Shown: positions 24,542 to 36,682, numbered from the stretch's first letter. The stretch is DNA of 47,302 bases from Perkinsus chesapeaki ATCC PRA-425 (GCA_013115145.1 JAAPAO010000248.1:1-47302), one strand, 5' to 3'. Notes: generated by a model not told the origin, from the sequence alone. Made by a program: numbers and translations.

Positions 24542-27500
24542 ATGTTTGGAGGGGGAGGAGGCCTATTCGGGCAGCAGCAACAACAGAGTTCACAAGGTGG
24601 AGGCCTCTTTGGAGGAGGAGGAGGCATGTTTGGCCAGCAACAGGTAATACTATATCCTGCTCACATTCATACCACTCCTTTCCCAGAACACTGGAGGAGG
24701 GCTCTTTGGTAGCAGCCCACAGTCGGCTCAGGGCGGCGGTCTTTTTGGAGGTGGCAGCACTTTCGGCCAGCCGCAACAACAGCAACAACGCCCAGGAGGT
24801 CTCTTCGGAGGTGGAGGAGCATTTGGTCAGCAGGTAACCCCTTCGTCTCCTATCCAGCTCTTTACTACCTTTGTCAGTCCTCTGGCGGTGGCCTTTTTGG
24901 TGGCGGAGGAGGAGGAGCATTTGGCCAACAACAGAATACAGGCGGAGGGCTATTTGGCCAGCCGGCAGCAGCAGCAGGAGGAGGAGGAGGCATGTTCGGC
25001 CAGCAACAAGTAAGCCTTCAACTCGTTCAACACCAAATGGCTACCTCTTTTTAGAGTAGCGGAGGAGGCCTATTCGGAGGCGGTGGTGCCTTCGGTGGTG
25101 GAGGAGGGGCGTTCGGAGGAGGTGCGCAAAATGCAGGAACAGCGCAAGTGAAGTATCAACAGGTTATCGACCATGATTCACGCCTCAAAGTAGTCACCTG
25201 GTGGGCGGCGCTATTATTGGACCCTTTCTGCCACTCAGCTCGTTTCTATTACTGCTATGGATGCTTACAAGGGCAAGTCATTCGAAGAGCTACGGTATGA
25301 GGACTATGCTCAGGGTAGAGGGCCAGCGGGGGCGGCCGGGGCTACCGGAATGCAGCAACCTCAACAGCAACAGCAAGCTGGTAAGCATTCCGTCCCCTCT
25401 GCTCTCCACACTCCAGCATCAGGCGGCCTGTTCGGCGGTCAGCAGCAACAACAGTCTGGTGGAAGCGGGCTCTTTGGAGGTGGAGCATTTGGTCAGCCTC
25501 AACAACAGAGTGGTACTAACTGGGGAGCATATATGATTATATGCTTTATCAGGTGGAGGCCTATTTGGCGGAGGTATGCAGCAAAACACCGGCGGAGGTC
25601 TATTCGGCCAACAACAGAACACAGGTGGCGGCCTCTTTGGCCAGCAGCAAAATACTGGCGGTGGACTCTTCGGTGGAGGGGGAGGTGGAGGGATGTTCGG
25701 TCAGCAAAGCTCAAGTCAAGGTGGTCTATTTGGAGGGGGAGGTGGTGGAGGTGGCCTGTTTGGTCAACAGCAGTCTTCCTCACAAGGAGGTCTCTTTGGT
25801 GGAGGTGGCGGCGGCGGTCTCTTCGGCAGTCAGCCTCAGAGCAGCCAAGGAGGATTATTCGGCGGTGGAGGCGGTGGTGGACTATTTGGTCAGCAGCAGT
25901 CCTCGCAAGGAGGGGGTCTATTTGGTCAACAACAATCAAGTCAAGGAGGTGGCCTCTTTGGTGGTGGCCAGAACACTGGGGGCGGACTATTTGGAGGAGG
26001 CCAGGCAAGCGGTGGCGGTCTTTTCGGGTCGACGCCCAACACTGGTGGTGGTCTATTTGGTAATCAGCAGTCCTCCGGCGGTGGCCTCTTCGGAGGTGGG
26101 CAACAGTCTTCTGGTGGTGGACTATTTGGTGGTGGGCAGGCTGGTGGCGGAGGACTCTTTGGCAACACCCAGAGCAGTAGTGGAGGTGGCCTCTTCGGGG
26201 GTGGCGGCGGCGGTCTATTCGGAGGTGGTCAATCCTCCGGCGGTGGCCTCTTTGGTGGTCAGCAGTCGTCATCTGGCGGAGGCCTATTTGGCGGTGGCGG
26301 AGGAGGAGGTGGCCTGTTTGGCAACCAACAGAGCAGCAGCGGTGGCGGTCTATTCGGCGGTGGAGGAGGCGGAGGTCTCTTTGGCAACAAGCCTTCGACA
26401 GGCGGTGGCCTCTTCGGTAACACAGCGTCATCCGGTGGTGGCCTGTTTGGTCAGTCCTCCAGTGGTGGTAGCCTCTTTGGAGGTGGAGGTGGCGGAGGTG
26501 GTCTGTTTGGCAACTCGACATCCTCGTCTGGTGGTGGACTGTTTGGTGGTGGCGGAGGAGGCGGCGGCGGGCTCTTCGGTGGTAACAAGGCCACCGGAGG
26601 CGGCCTATTCGGCTCATCCCAGCCCCAAGGAGGAGGCCTATTTGGTGGTGGCAATCAGCAACAACAGCAAAGTGTGCAACTCGCCACACCAGCGTCATTG
26701 CCTGCTCCCCCACGACCAAGTGGATTGCTCCTTCCTAAGGAGGTTGATAAAAGTTTAGCATCATACCTCTGGAAGGAGGAGCCCAAGAGCCACGCTGCAC
26801 CTGCGCCCTCCACCAGTGGTAGTAGCCCTCAGACCCCACCACCATCCAGTAGGTCACCAGGCCTTTCACCACGCAGTGACAGGTAGTAAGGAGGGTTGCA
26901 TTCCCCAGCGCCATCATCACCGAGCTCGTCGTCTTTTTCAGGCTGTCTCTTCCTGGACCAGCACTCGGCGGTGCTCCACCATCACCTGTTAATCCATCAT
27001 CTATGCGGCACCTCTATCTTCGAGGTAACCCATCCTCACCAGGAGCATCAGCAGACCACGTACTCACTCCACGGAGCGCTATGACACCTAGAGCCACAGG
27101 CCGAGCCAGCACCATTAGCGGTAGTCTCGGCGGGGTGGGTTAACCCTATTTCATTGTCAGGTGGTGGCAGCACTAACCTATTGCTCGATGATGGCACCCT
27201 TCCTTTGCGGAACCCCGATGCTATCGGAAGCTCAGCCTTTGTCGCCCTAGCCGAGTAAGGTTACCCCCTACGGTTTCGCCATACCACCATTTCTTTAGGC
27301 ATCACCCTCATCACTCCAGCCCGGGACCAAGCAGCTTCGAGTATGGTTCGATGACGTCCCCGAGGAGATCACCACCAGCGATGACCAGCGATTACTTGGC
27401 AACTTCTTCCCTTGTGGACCACGAGCCTGATGTTATTATCACTCGACCGGGAATCATGTAACCTTTCTCACCCCGAACCCGCTTAATCAATGCTAGTTAC

Positions 27501-28248
27501 TCCTCATGTGATCGGCGCCGCTCACTGTCCGCAGACCGTCGACGGTCATCGTCATCGAGTGCAGGATCGTTGAGGCACCGCGAGCCAGCACCAAAGAGTA
27601 TGGTGCCCAAGCTGAAGGACCCAAACATGTGGTAGGTTACCAAAACACCATCAACAACCTTAGGGACCATTGTAGGATACGGCCATCGATTGATGCCTTA
27701 TCTCTGATGAGTGAGTCCGAGCTAGCACGCGTGGACAACTTGGCCATTGGACACTATTCCTATGGGAAGATCACTTGGCCTGGTAAGAATGCCATCCTCC
27801 CAATAATGTAATAGGTTAGACCTCTTAATAGGTTTGACCGATGTCCGCTATTTGTCGGTGGATGATACTGTGCAGTTCACATCCGCCAATGTGACCGTCT
27901 TTCTTGACGAGTCGGGTACGCGTTCCCCGTACCGTTTGGACCTAATATCTTGTGTATTTCAGTCCGTCCACCTATCGGTAAAGGCCTTAATAAGCCCGCA
28001 GTAGTTGAACTGTATGTGAAGCCAAAGAACATGAAAAAGGCCCGACAACAGGCAGAGAAGGTAAGCCTTCTTCTTCTCCTCCTCTTCACTAGCTGTTAGT
28101 GTTCCTCTTGTAGTACATTACGCGAATGCGTCAATTGACTGAGGAAATGGATGCAACGTTCTTATCGTATGATTTGGAGACTTGGCGGTTCAAGGTCGAT
28201 AACTTCGGCAGAGGGCCGGAAGCCGGTTCCCCTCCTCCTCTTCGGTAA
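24542..28248 (+). CDS. NUP98: Nup98-like GLFG nucleoporin (FG repeats, GLEBS, C-terminal autoproteolytic-type domain)
   Basis: Dozens of GGGLFG(Q) repeats; GLEBS-like [22 protein letters not shown] (~25255-25320). The C-terminal domain runs [34 protein letters not shown]...[15 protein letters not shown]...[18 protein letters not shown]. Confidence 0.9.
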
Positions 28249-28341
28249 CGCCTCCTACTCGTGATGACATCTACGTACATTTATCTCGCTGATTGATACT
28301 GTTGAGTTTTAACACAATATTAAAATAAACATGCAAGAATA

Positions 28342-30018
28342 CTATATTATGAATGACGTACTGTACGGACCATCCTCGGGAGATGAAGGCAATTCTACTA
28401 TCTCAATCATGGAGCAGCTACTGGAAGGGGCAGCAGTGGAGGGGGTGCCAGCAAAGCTCCCTTTGAGTCTCTTTGGCAGAGGCGTGCAAAACTCCAATAG
28501 GGAGGATTGCCTTTTCCCGCCCGACTTCACCCCGCCAGCAGCAGGAGCATCACCGTTGATCTGCTTTATTCTGTTACGAATGGTCTCAACACGTTTGGGA
28601 TTGTAATTGAGTCGATTAATGAGAAGGTCTGAGAGACCTTCTATATTCACTGCGGGCTTGGGAGATAAATCGTTGATAGTTGATGGCTTTAGGAAAAGCT
28701 CCTTGGCCTCTTGGTAGGCCCAGCCAATTGGAGCTTTATAGGACTTGGACCCTTCCAAGGCCGACACTATAGCCGAGATACTGCCGTGCTTTAGGAGGAG
28801 ACCATGAGCTCTATGTGGGCCTATCTTGGGGATGCTAGGACAGTAGTCACAGCCGCATAGTATTGCAAGCTCTGCTAGGGCCTCCGAGGTCAGCCCGAGG
28901 CTATCAAGGACAGCTGAGCGGGAGATCTCCCTCACGTAATTGCCATCGTCACCCGTATTGGACCCTGAAGAATGAGATGGCGGCTGCTGGACTGCGGTGG
29001 TGTTACCTTTATTAAGCTCGAGACGATGCAATGTGTTGGAGAGGTTCTTCAGTACCACCTCGGCCCCAAAGACGATCGCATCGATATCCTCCGTTGAAAC
29101 TGCATCAGCCTTGCCAGCAGCACACAAAGAGGCACAGGTGGCCTCGGCCTGATCGTGAAATGTGATAGGTAAGATAGACAGTGTGGGTACTTCAGCGGGA
29201 GCTATGACATATTGACAACCAAGGCACTTAACAACTTCCACAATGTACTCCTCTTCGTTGCTCAACTGCCGAGGGAAGCCTGTGGGCGGTGGGAGCAGTA
29301 GCAATGGTGGTGATGGAGATGTAGCTGATGGAGGCGATGACCTGCTAAGAGCTAGACTGAATGGGACACGTCCCTACCTACGCATCGTCTATGCCTTTGG
29401 CATTATGGACCTCACCGAAGTCAAGCCTTCTTGCTACACCAGGAAGTGGGGGAAATTTACTGGAGGCCCCTCTTGGTTCGCACCTGAAGAGAGTTCCTCG
29501 AAAATGCAATAGCGCGGGTGGTGCTCCTCAACTGATATTCGGAACTGGCCGCGCTCTGTGGGGGTGGGGAATGTCGATTCTCACTGCTCCGATTTTGCTT
29601 GGCTGCGTTGATCCTCCGCTGCCTGAGACACTCGTACTTCATCGCGGGTGGATGACCATCAAACACAAATATCGGTTGTATGCCTGAAATGGTGATATGC
29701 TACCAGCCCAACGTCTGCGGCGTCTACCAAGCTCGAGCATTTTTATAGTCCTATGGAGGAATCCATGTACTCCAGAGGTGCATTCTCCCTGATGGTTAGT
29801 TAGCATCCTATCTTCATACCGTATTTTGTTCTTAAACTGAAACCAAGTCTGCATGTTGGACGGGAGGCAGAGGAGAAGGTCATCATCATCATCACCTGGT
29901 ACATCCAAATGGACGCATCGATCGCTAGCCTCTTCCCTGCGAACTCTTCCGGTCGGCATTCCCTGATCGCCGATGGTGCTTGAACTCTGAGGAACTCATA
30001 GAGCCCTTTAATCCCCAT
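28342..30018 (-). CDS. FEN1: XPG/Rad2-family 5' nuclease, FEN1-like
   Basis: MGIKGL...LAIDASIWMYQ, VFDGHPPAMK, APAE|AEAT (42-nt in-frame intron), STEDIDAIVFG, LCGCDYCPSIPKIGPHRA, and a C-terminal PIP box KRQSSLLEF. Confidence 0.85.
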
Positions 30019-30228
30019 TGATATAACAATGATTTAAAGGAAGAGTGGTATATCAACACAAGAGGAAGGGGAGATAAATAATTCATAATATTGTTGTGAT
30101 GATGTTAGTATGCAAAGGTCAACTGCTGTTAAAAATAGTTCAATTGAAATGCTTCAGACGATACTGGGTAAATGGCGAACTTGTTGAGCCAGGATTGCCC
30201 TCGGAGACCAGCCACCTGAAGCCAGTTC

Positions 30229-31049
30229 TCAAGCTCTTAGAGGGACGACGAGCTCGACCTCACCTGAAGGGCTACGATGACGCGCTGAGGAGTCCTCGGT
30301 AATCTTATTAGATATTTCAAAGTCATAACAACTACGGCTGCCAGCCACACCAGGCTTAGGGAGCTGTAGACGGCTTGATTTCAACATACGTTGGCATACA
30401 TACCACACCACACCAGTCGCTGCTTCACCGCTCCTTATTGCCGACTTCACCTCCCTTGACATGCCCTGACTGGGATGATGACTAGAAGAGGCAACTACGT
30501 GGATTGGTATGGTCCATTGCTCAAACATCTCACGGTTATCGGATACACCGGAGAGGAAGTCAGCGATGACATTGAAGGTCCAAGAGCTAGCAGCTGCTGC
30601 TGTTGCAGCTGCGCCCCCGGTGATGGGTGTGCGGTGCTTTGGCACGAAGAAAGAGAGGACGATCGAGGCCTTCCGCTCAGGGCGGCGCTCAAGGAATCGG
30701 CAGAAATCTTGCAAGGCAGTCTTCACGGTCTTATCCACGTGGGGGTCATCCGACTTGGACTGAGAATGAAGAAATAGCTACGAGACGGTATGAGTTAAAT
30801 ACATAGTGAACATCAATAACATCGCTTGACACAGTAATGGGCTCTACACAGCTTTGGCCACCTATGCTTCGACCCAACAGAATTGTGTGGAGTATCTGAA
30901 GGAGGAGGCTATCCTCAAGCCTGGTGATCGTGACTGTAAGCACTCACCGCAGCCAGGGCTTCTTTTACATGGCCCATCGGCAATTGAATCTCCGGGCATA
31001 TGTGATACTCTACAGCAGAAGCCCTCCGAATCGCACTACCAGATGACAT
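30229..31049 (-). CDS. ATG101: Autophagy protein ATG101-like (HORMA domain)
   Basis: Spliced: MSSGSAIRRASAVEYHICPEIQLPMGHVKEALAA|ILHTILLGRSIG...DVIDVHY|SKSDDPHVDKTVKTALQDF...ASIVLSFF...SSWTF...FEQWTIPIHVV. This parallels human VEEAMLAVLHTVLLHRSTG...DFIDFTY...MSLEFY...WPF...WEVWTVKVHVV. The C-terminus may extend by one more exon to ~30140. Confidence 0.8.
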
Positions 31050-31277
31050 TTGTGATGATGCCACAGATAACCGTACCGTTATAACCAACGCAACGAATAT
31101 CAACAATAAAAGAAATATAACGGTCGATAGAATCATTTCTTTGAGCTAAGACTTCAAATGGTATCGGGCTTGTCAACAAAAGGGGGCGGCGATGCATCAC
31201 CTTCATACACTTGTACATAACCACTGTGCTGCTGCTGCTGCTGCTGTCGCCAATACTCAAGTTGTCAACAGAAGCCA

Positions 31278-32483
31278 TCAGAAATGGGAGCAGAAGCCCT
31301 CCGGAATGGTGCTGTTGCCCCACGTCGTTGTTGCAGTGGGTGTAGAGTTTGATGCTCGAGTGGTACTACGGAAATTGTTATCGTCTAAAGACGGCTGTGG
31401 CGTAAGCCAGGGGGTTGATCCTGATGATCTATCCATAAGAGGAGAAGATGAGTGGAGGATATTACCAAAGAGGGAGGATTCGACAGCGGAAGGAGGACAG
31501 GGTATACCAGCAAATAGGTCAGCGGTATCAACGGCATGCCAGAGCTCACGGCAATTACCATCGTCATTATTAAGTCGCCTGCTGCCGATGCTGCGATCAT
31601 GCCCACCACTTCCTAGAAGAGGATCTGTAAGCATCATCGCGTCAAGGCTTTGTTGGTGTTGTTGATGCTGCTGCTGGCCAGAAGAATCAGTAGTGCTGGT
31701 AGTAAAGTGACTGCCGTTCGCAGGGGACCGTTTGAACAAGGACTCTCCACTGGCTCCTCCCCCAATGTATAGGCTATCATCAACATGCCCCCCAGAAGAT
31801 GGGTTATCAGGTTTAGATCGGGACACTCTCATCGCAGAAATCATGTCTCGAACTTGGGCTTCAGTTGCCTTGTTGTTCTTCGCGGCAATCAACCGTTCTC
31901 TGTCTCTTGCGGCCTCCTCCATAGTTCGTCGTAGAGGTCCATAAATTCTCTTCTTGTCAACATATACTGTTGAGACGTACCCACCAGCATTCTTCCATAC
32001 ACCCGGCGGAGCCGTATAACTTTTCCTTCTACCAACGCTCCTGTTCATCTTAACGTTACCACTGAGAGATCGTTGGCTGTCAGCTCTGATCGGGCCAGAA
32101 CTAACCGAGTTGTTAGTGGGCCAATACCCTGGAATGGACTCCAAGGGGTATGCGGCCAGAGCTGCCATCAGAGAAGAGCGGCTGTTCTCCTGACCAGATC
32201 GCGGCGGCAGCAGCTGGCCTGTCGGCAAAACACCGAAAACCGACGGTTGTTGATAAGCGAAGCGATTCACTTGGAATGGCCCATGTTGGGGTAGAGCACA
32301 ATTAGGAGCAGTATATGGATGAACGGAAGTGAAATGGAAGAAGTCAGCTGCCGCTCGACCAGACCCATCTCGACGCTCCAGCTTTTGAAGAGCTTGTGGT
32401 ACGTGTGGCTCCGTTAACGACCAAGGAGAATCCATCAACATGCTGAAAGCAGCATTACACCTTTCCTTCCCCATCAACAACAC
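31278..32483 (-). CDS. Low-complexity protein with one AP2/integrase-like beta-beta-beta-alpha DNA-binding domain
   Basis: Intron-free 401-aa ORF. The only compact segment is PPGVWKNAGGYVSTVYVDKKRIYGPLRRTMEEAARDRERLIAAK (~31878-32010); the rest is S/Q/N/G-rich. Confidence 0.55.
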   Translation of the reverse strand: MLLMGKERCNAAFSMLMDSPWSLTEPHVPQALQKLERRDGSGRAAADFFHFTSVHPYTAPNCALPQHGPFQVNRFAYQQPSVFGVLPTGQLLPPRSGQENSRSSLMAALAAYPLESIPGYWPTNNSVSSGPIRADSQRSLSGNVKMNRSVGRRKSYTAPPGVWKNAGGYVSTVYVDKKRIYGPLRRTMEEAARDRERLIAAKNNKATEAQVRDMISAMRVSRSKPDNPSSGGHVDDSLYIGGGASGESLFKRSPANGSHFTTSTTDSSGQQQHQQHQQSLDAMMLTDPLLGSGGHDRSIGSRRLNNDDGNCRELWHAVDTADLFAGIPCPPSAVESSLFGNILHSSSPLMDRSSGSTPWLTPQPSLDDNNFRSTTRASNSTPTATTTWGNSTIPEGFCSHF

Positions 32484-32552
32484 TCATTATTATCATGATA
32501 CATGATGGTGAATTTAACATGAACACACAACCTATCAAACTGGACCATCAGC

Positions 32553-34541
32553 CTACCACTTCTCACCGAGTACGAGTTGTCCCATTATAGGGAGATGATC
32601 GAATGTCCTGGCTCCAGGCTCATTAGTATCCAAGAACAGTGCTTCTTCAAAACAGCAAGCAGCCACATTCCGAAGCTTGAGGTCGAACTCGCGGTTAGAG
32701 GCAGGATTGATAACCGCCAATCTATCAATTAGCTTGTCACGATTGCCTTTAAATCTGTGCCGCTTGTAGGAATATTCTGCCACAGTTAAACCAGGTAGAG
32801 CACAGTCTAGGTCTGGGTTCCCATCCAGTAGGTCAACGATGTCACAGTTGAAGTCACCGCCCACCAGCACCGGCATCCTCGTCGCATTGCTGAGTTCCTG
32901 AAGGAAGAGTAGGACCGCCGAGCTACAGGCATTTGCTTGGTGTCGAGTTGCATGAAACGAGCAGGCAAAGAACCTGCTGCGCATCTTCTCGTGTTCAAGC
33001 TCAATAAGGCAGATCCTTCCCAGGGCCGCAGCCAGTTGGCCCTGCGGTATGGCGCCGTAGTGGGCTCTAATCAGCCTCTCCTGGATAGTCACCAAAAGTT
33101 GTTCTGGAACCGGCCTGGCGACGGAGAACTTCTCAGAATTAACCAGGATGCCTGTGTCATGCACTTGACTTTTATAACCGGTTAGGTACTCATATCGCCT
33201 TAGATGTGACTGGAAGTAGCAGACCTGAGCTCGATGAGCTGATAGGTTGGATTCTTGCACCATAAGGACATCAGGCCACCCGTCCTCGTGGAGACCACAG
33301 ACGAAGTTCCGAACTTCCTCCTGTCTGTTGTGGGACTCCATACCGCTCTTCTTGCTGAACCAGACGTTCCACGTACCCACTCGAAGACCGTGGTGCTCCT
33401 CAGCCTTGCCCATCGCCAGCTCCTTCTCTTCTCCCTCGTTTAGGACGACTTCGCAGGCATCAAACCATTCTATATCAGGTACCACAGACTCCTCACCAAT
33501 AGTGTGTCGATGGTCCCCTCTAGCGGTAAACAGAGGTACCATAGGATCATCATCACCACCACTATCATCATCGTCATCGGTTTCCTCCTCCTCCTCTTCC
33601 TCTATGTCGCTCGGCATCATCGTCACAGATTTCCACAGTCGGCTCACAAGTGGAGGGACAGTCGAGACCTGTGATGCCTCCAAGACCTGAGAGCTTGTTG
33701 GCAACAACTGAGAGGTAGCACTCTGCAGCTCAGTCATATCGAATGCGTCGTCCTCAACACAAATACCATCAGCATCACCACCGCCGCATCCGCCATCATC
33801 CTCATCGGAGGCCCCCTCAGCGTCCCAGGTCTCCTCCGGCGCTGACCTAGCACTCTTGGCCGACTCTGGGCTAACGTCCTTCAACTGGCGGGGGCAACTG
33901 CTGTTGGTTGTAGTGTTACTGGTCTTCTCCTCTTCCTCTTCATCCTCTTGACCACTTGTAGTCTGGCTGTTGGTAACAGCCTCGGAGCTACCGGAGGTAT
34001 CCAGAGTAGGGCTGGAGATACCAGATGTTGAGGGGGAACTGACTTCTGCTGTCGCTGTTGCTGCTGACTGCCGTTGTTGTTGTTGTTGTTCTCCTATGAG
34101 AGCGTCTCGAGTGGACTTGGGTAAACTGGGCCATCTGCTCAAGTAGTATCGCTGACCGTCATAGTCATGGGACAGAGCTTCAAGTTCCTTTAGGATCACT
34201 TTAACCTTCCGTCTCATCTCCGTCGGTGAGCGGTTGGCCAAGGCTGGGTTCTGAGAGTAGGGGCGTTTCTAAGCAAAGGCCTGGGCTGGCTGCAGTGGGC
34301 TCACACTATCGACCAGATCCGACCAAGACAGACCAAGCTTACGGAACTCAGAAAGTTGCGAACGATCGCATACTCGATCACTGGCAGCTTCAACGAAAGC
34401 TGTAAGGGCTTCCACCACCTGACCAAGGGACCGAAGGCTGCGGTGGAGATGGGACGACGATGTGGGTCGAAGCACCTCTATCTCGGTCCAGTTGCGACGG
34501 GCCCTGACAGGCGGTGGTGAAGCGGCGGCGGCGACTGTCAT
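32553..34541 (-). CDS. Endonuclease/exonuclease/phosphatase (EEP, DNase I-like) protein with long acidic N-terminal region
   Basis: VGTWNV, PDVLMVQE, DTGILV, FACSFHA, VLVGGDFNCD, LIDRL, FDHLPI. The first exon MTVAAAASPPP...VDS joins NPALANRSP through a 54-nt GT-AG intron. Confidence 0.8.
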
Positions 34542-34684
34542 CTTGGTAAACTACGATGCTAGCAAAGAACGGTGCAGAACACGAGGAGCTCGAATGGCAG
34601 AGAAATTGATATTAATTTATACCGCAGCTGCATCATCTCGAACATGATTCTTCTTCTGGATGATTATCAAGTCTCGAGCTGACT

Positions 34685-35658
34685 TTACCAACTCGTGCAG
34701 GTTAGGACCATCACATAGGGGTTTGGACCACCAATTCCTACGCCGTGGCAGACCTTCGAATAAATGCACGACAAGGGCCTGATGATGTAAAACCGAGGAG
34801 AAAGGAGGAGGGCACTCTGGAGCACCTTCTCATCCTCGGGGCCTTCAACTACAAGCTCCTCTGTTTCACGGCGGTACACCAGTCGTAGGTCACTGCTGTC
34901 AGACAGAGACACAGAGATTCCGGTCTCTTCCTCTACCCCTGATGGCTACTGTATAAAGCTCTTTAACGGCGTGGAGCCCTACCTGCATCGAGAGGGGCTG
35001 GCAGCAGCTGATGTAACTCATCATTAGGCATGTTGATCTCAGCCTCCTCCATCTCAGTGAACACCCTCGATGCCTCCTCATTAAGCCGTCTGATCTCATC
35101 CTCCAACTTCTCAGCTGATCATAGCAGTAATGTGGCGCCGGGTAGTAAGCTGATGGCTACCCTTGGCCGCATCCCTCATGGCCTGATCACAGACATGCTT
35201 CATTTTCTCGGCCTGTGTGAAGACACCACGGGCCTCCTCGGAGATCTCAATGGCTTGGGGGCTGCCCCCATCACCACACGCACCAGCTGCTGCTGCTGTT
35301 GGTGATGCTCCGGGACGCTTCCGTAGAAGGGGAGAAAGCGACGCTGGCAAATGAGGCTGCTCTGAACGGGATCGTCATCATCACAACAGGGGAGCAAGAA
35401 GCTACTTACCGTGCGAGAGGGCAGAGAGCGGCGACTCGTTAGAATGAAATAGGGCAAAGGCGGGCTTGACGGAGGCCCTCTTGGAGGGATCTATCCACGG
35501 TGAACAAGGTAACTTCTCGAGGACACGAATCTTTGTGTTGAGTAACTGATGATGACGATGCCTGTGGATGATGCGTAACATCTCCAAGGCATGCTCACGG
35601 CTTCTGCCTCCCTCAGCTCCATTAAGGCATCCTTGAGCTCCAATAGGGATACTGTCAT
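34685..35658 (-). CDS. Hypothetical coiled-coil protein, multi-exon
   Basis: MTVSLLELKDALMELREAEA|LLNTKIRVLEK... and EKLEDEIRRLNEEASRVFTEMEEAE heptads, with canonical splice sites. No family recognised. Confidence 0.5.
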
Positions 35659-35768
35659 GAAGGCTACTGACAACAGTATTATCAACACGCGGAGGAGGCC
35701 AACAAAGCACAGCTGAAGGAAGAAGAGGCCCGTGGACAACTAAAATGCTAAGGGCACAAATGCATGCT

Positions 35769-36682
35769 TCACTTTCCCGTTGCAGCGTTTGAGGGTTGCC
35801 CTGTAGCCTAGACAAGGGAAAAGGCAACGATAGAGCCGTCGCTCGCAAGAGATACCTTCTTAATGACTGCTGCTGTGCTGCGCTGAGAGAGGGGAGATGG
35901 GTCCAACTTGCCACGGGAAGACCGGAGAGCTCGAAGTCGATTATTGGATCTGGTCTGAAAGTCGGTAAAGGTGATGGTCGCCTCCTCGCCGGTGTCAATC
36001 CTTGCACTGGAGGCAGCACCAAAGATCTCCCGGATCTCATCATCCAACCTGGGAAGGATGGTGATACTGGGCTGACAGTGACAAGGCGGACATACCTTTC
36101 TCTACCGTAACGAACAAAGAGGATCTGCAAGGTGTTCTCGACGGATATCTTCCCCTTGAAATCCTTGTCGAATCTAATGGACACTTCTATGACACAGGCA
36201 TGACCACTCGTGGCCTACAGCAGGAACTGCACTAGTGTGAAGAGCCCTCTTGGTTCCAGACCAGTAGTATCAAATATACACCGTTGGTACATAACTAAAT
36301 ACTCATCCCATGATATAGTGCCATCCAGGTCATCATCGACCTCCCTACACCATATAAAGAGGAGATACAGCACCACCACCATCACCAGCAGCAACAACAG
36401 CATGGCAGCTCACCAGATGTACTGCTCCACGTCGAGTTTAGGCGCCTTGTAGCCAAGGCGATGAAAGGCTGTGTGGACCTCTTCAAGATCTAATACACCG
36501 TCCTTCTTGGTATCGATCCAGTCGAACACTCTTTTTAATCGTTCAAGTTCAACCTATAGCTACCAATTGAATACCCATAGCCTTTTTCTTCTTCTTCTCA
36601 CCGGTGTGACCTCTTTAGAGCCCCCCGAGGAGGGCACTGTTGCCTTCTGCTCACCGCCGCTTACCCCCACTGGATGAACCAT
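35769..36682 (-). CDS. EF-hand calmodulin/centrin-like protein, multi-exon
   Basis: LKRVFDWIDTKKDGVLDLEEV, EVDDDLDGTISWDEY, YQRCIFDTTGLEPRGLFTLVQFL, DKDFKGKISVENTLQILFVRYGRE, LDDEIREIFG. Ends KK|ATGQPSNAATGK*. Confidence 0.85.

Noticed and set aside
25419-26758. Long alternative-frame and antisense ORFs (405 and 406 aa) over Nup98
   Set aside because: These are shadows of the Gly/Phe/Gln repeat codons, which lack stops in other frames.
35402-36184. 260-aa ORF suggesting an EF-hand/coiled-coil fusion
   Set aside because: It is stitched from exon and intron sequence. Splicing gives a stop for the EF-hand gene at 35769 and a separate ATG at 35658.
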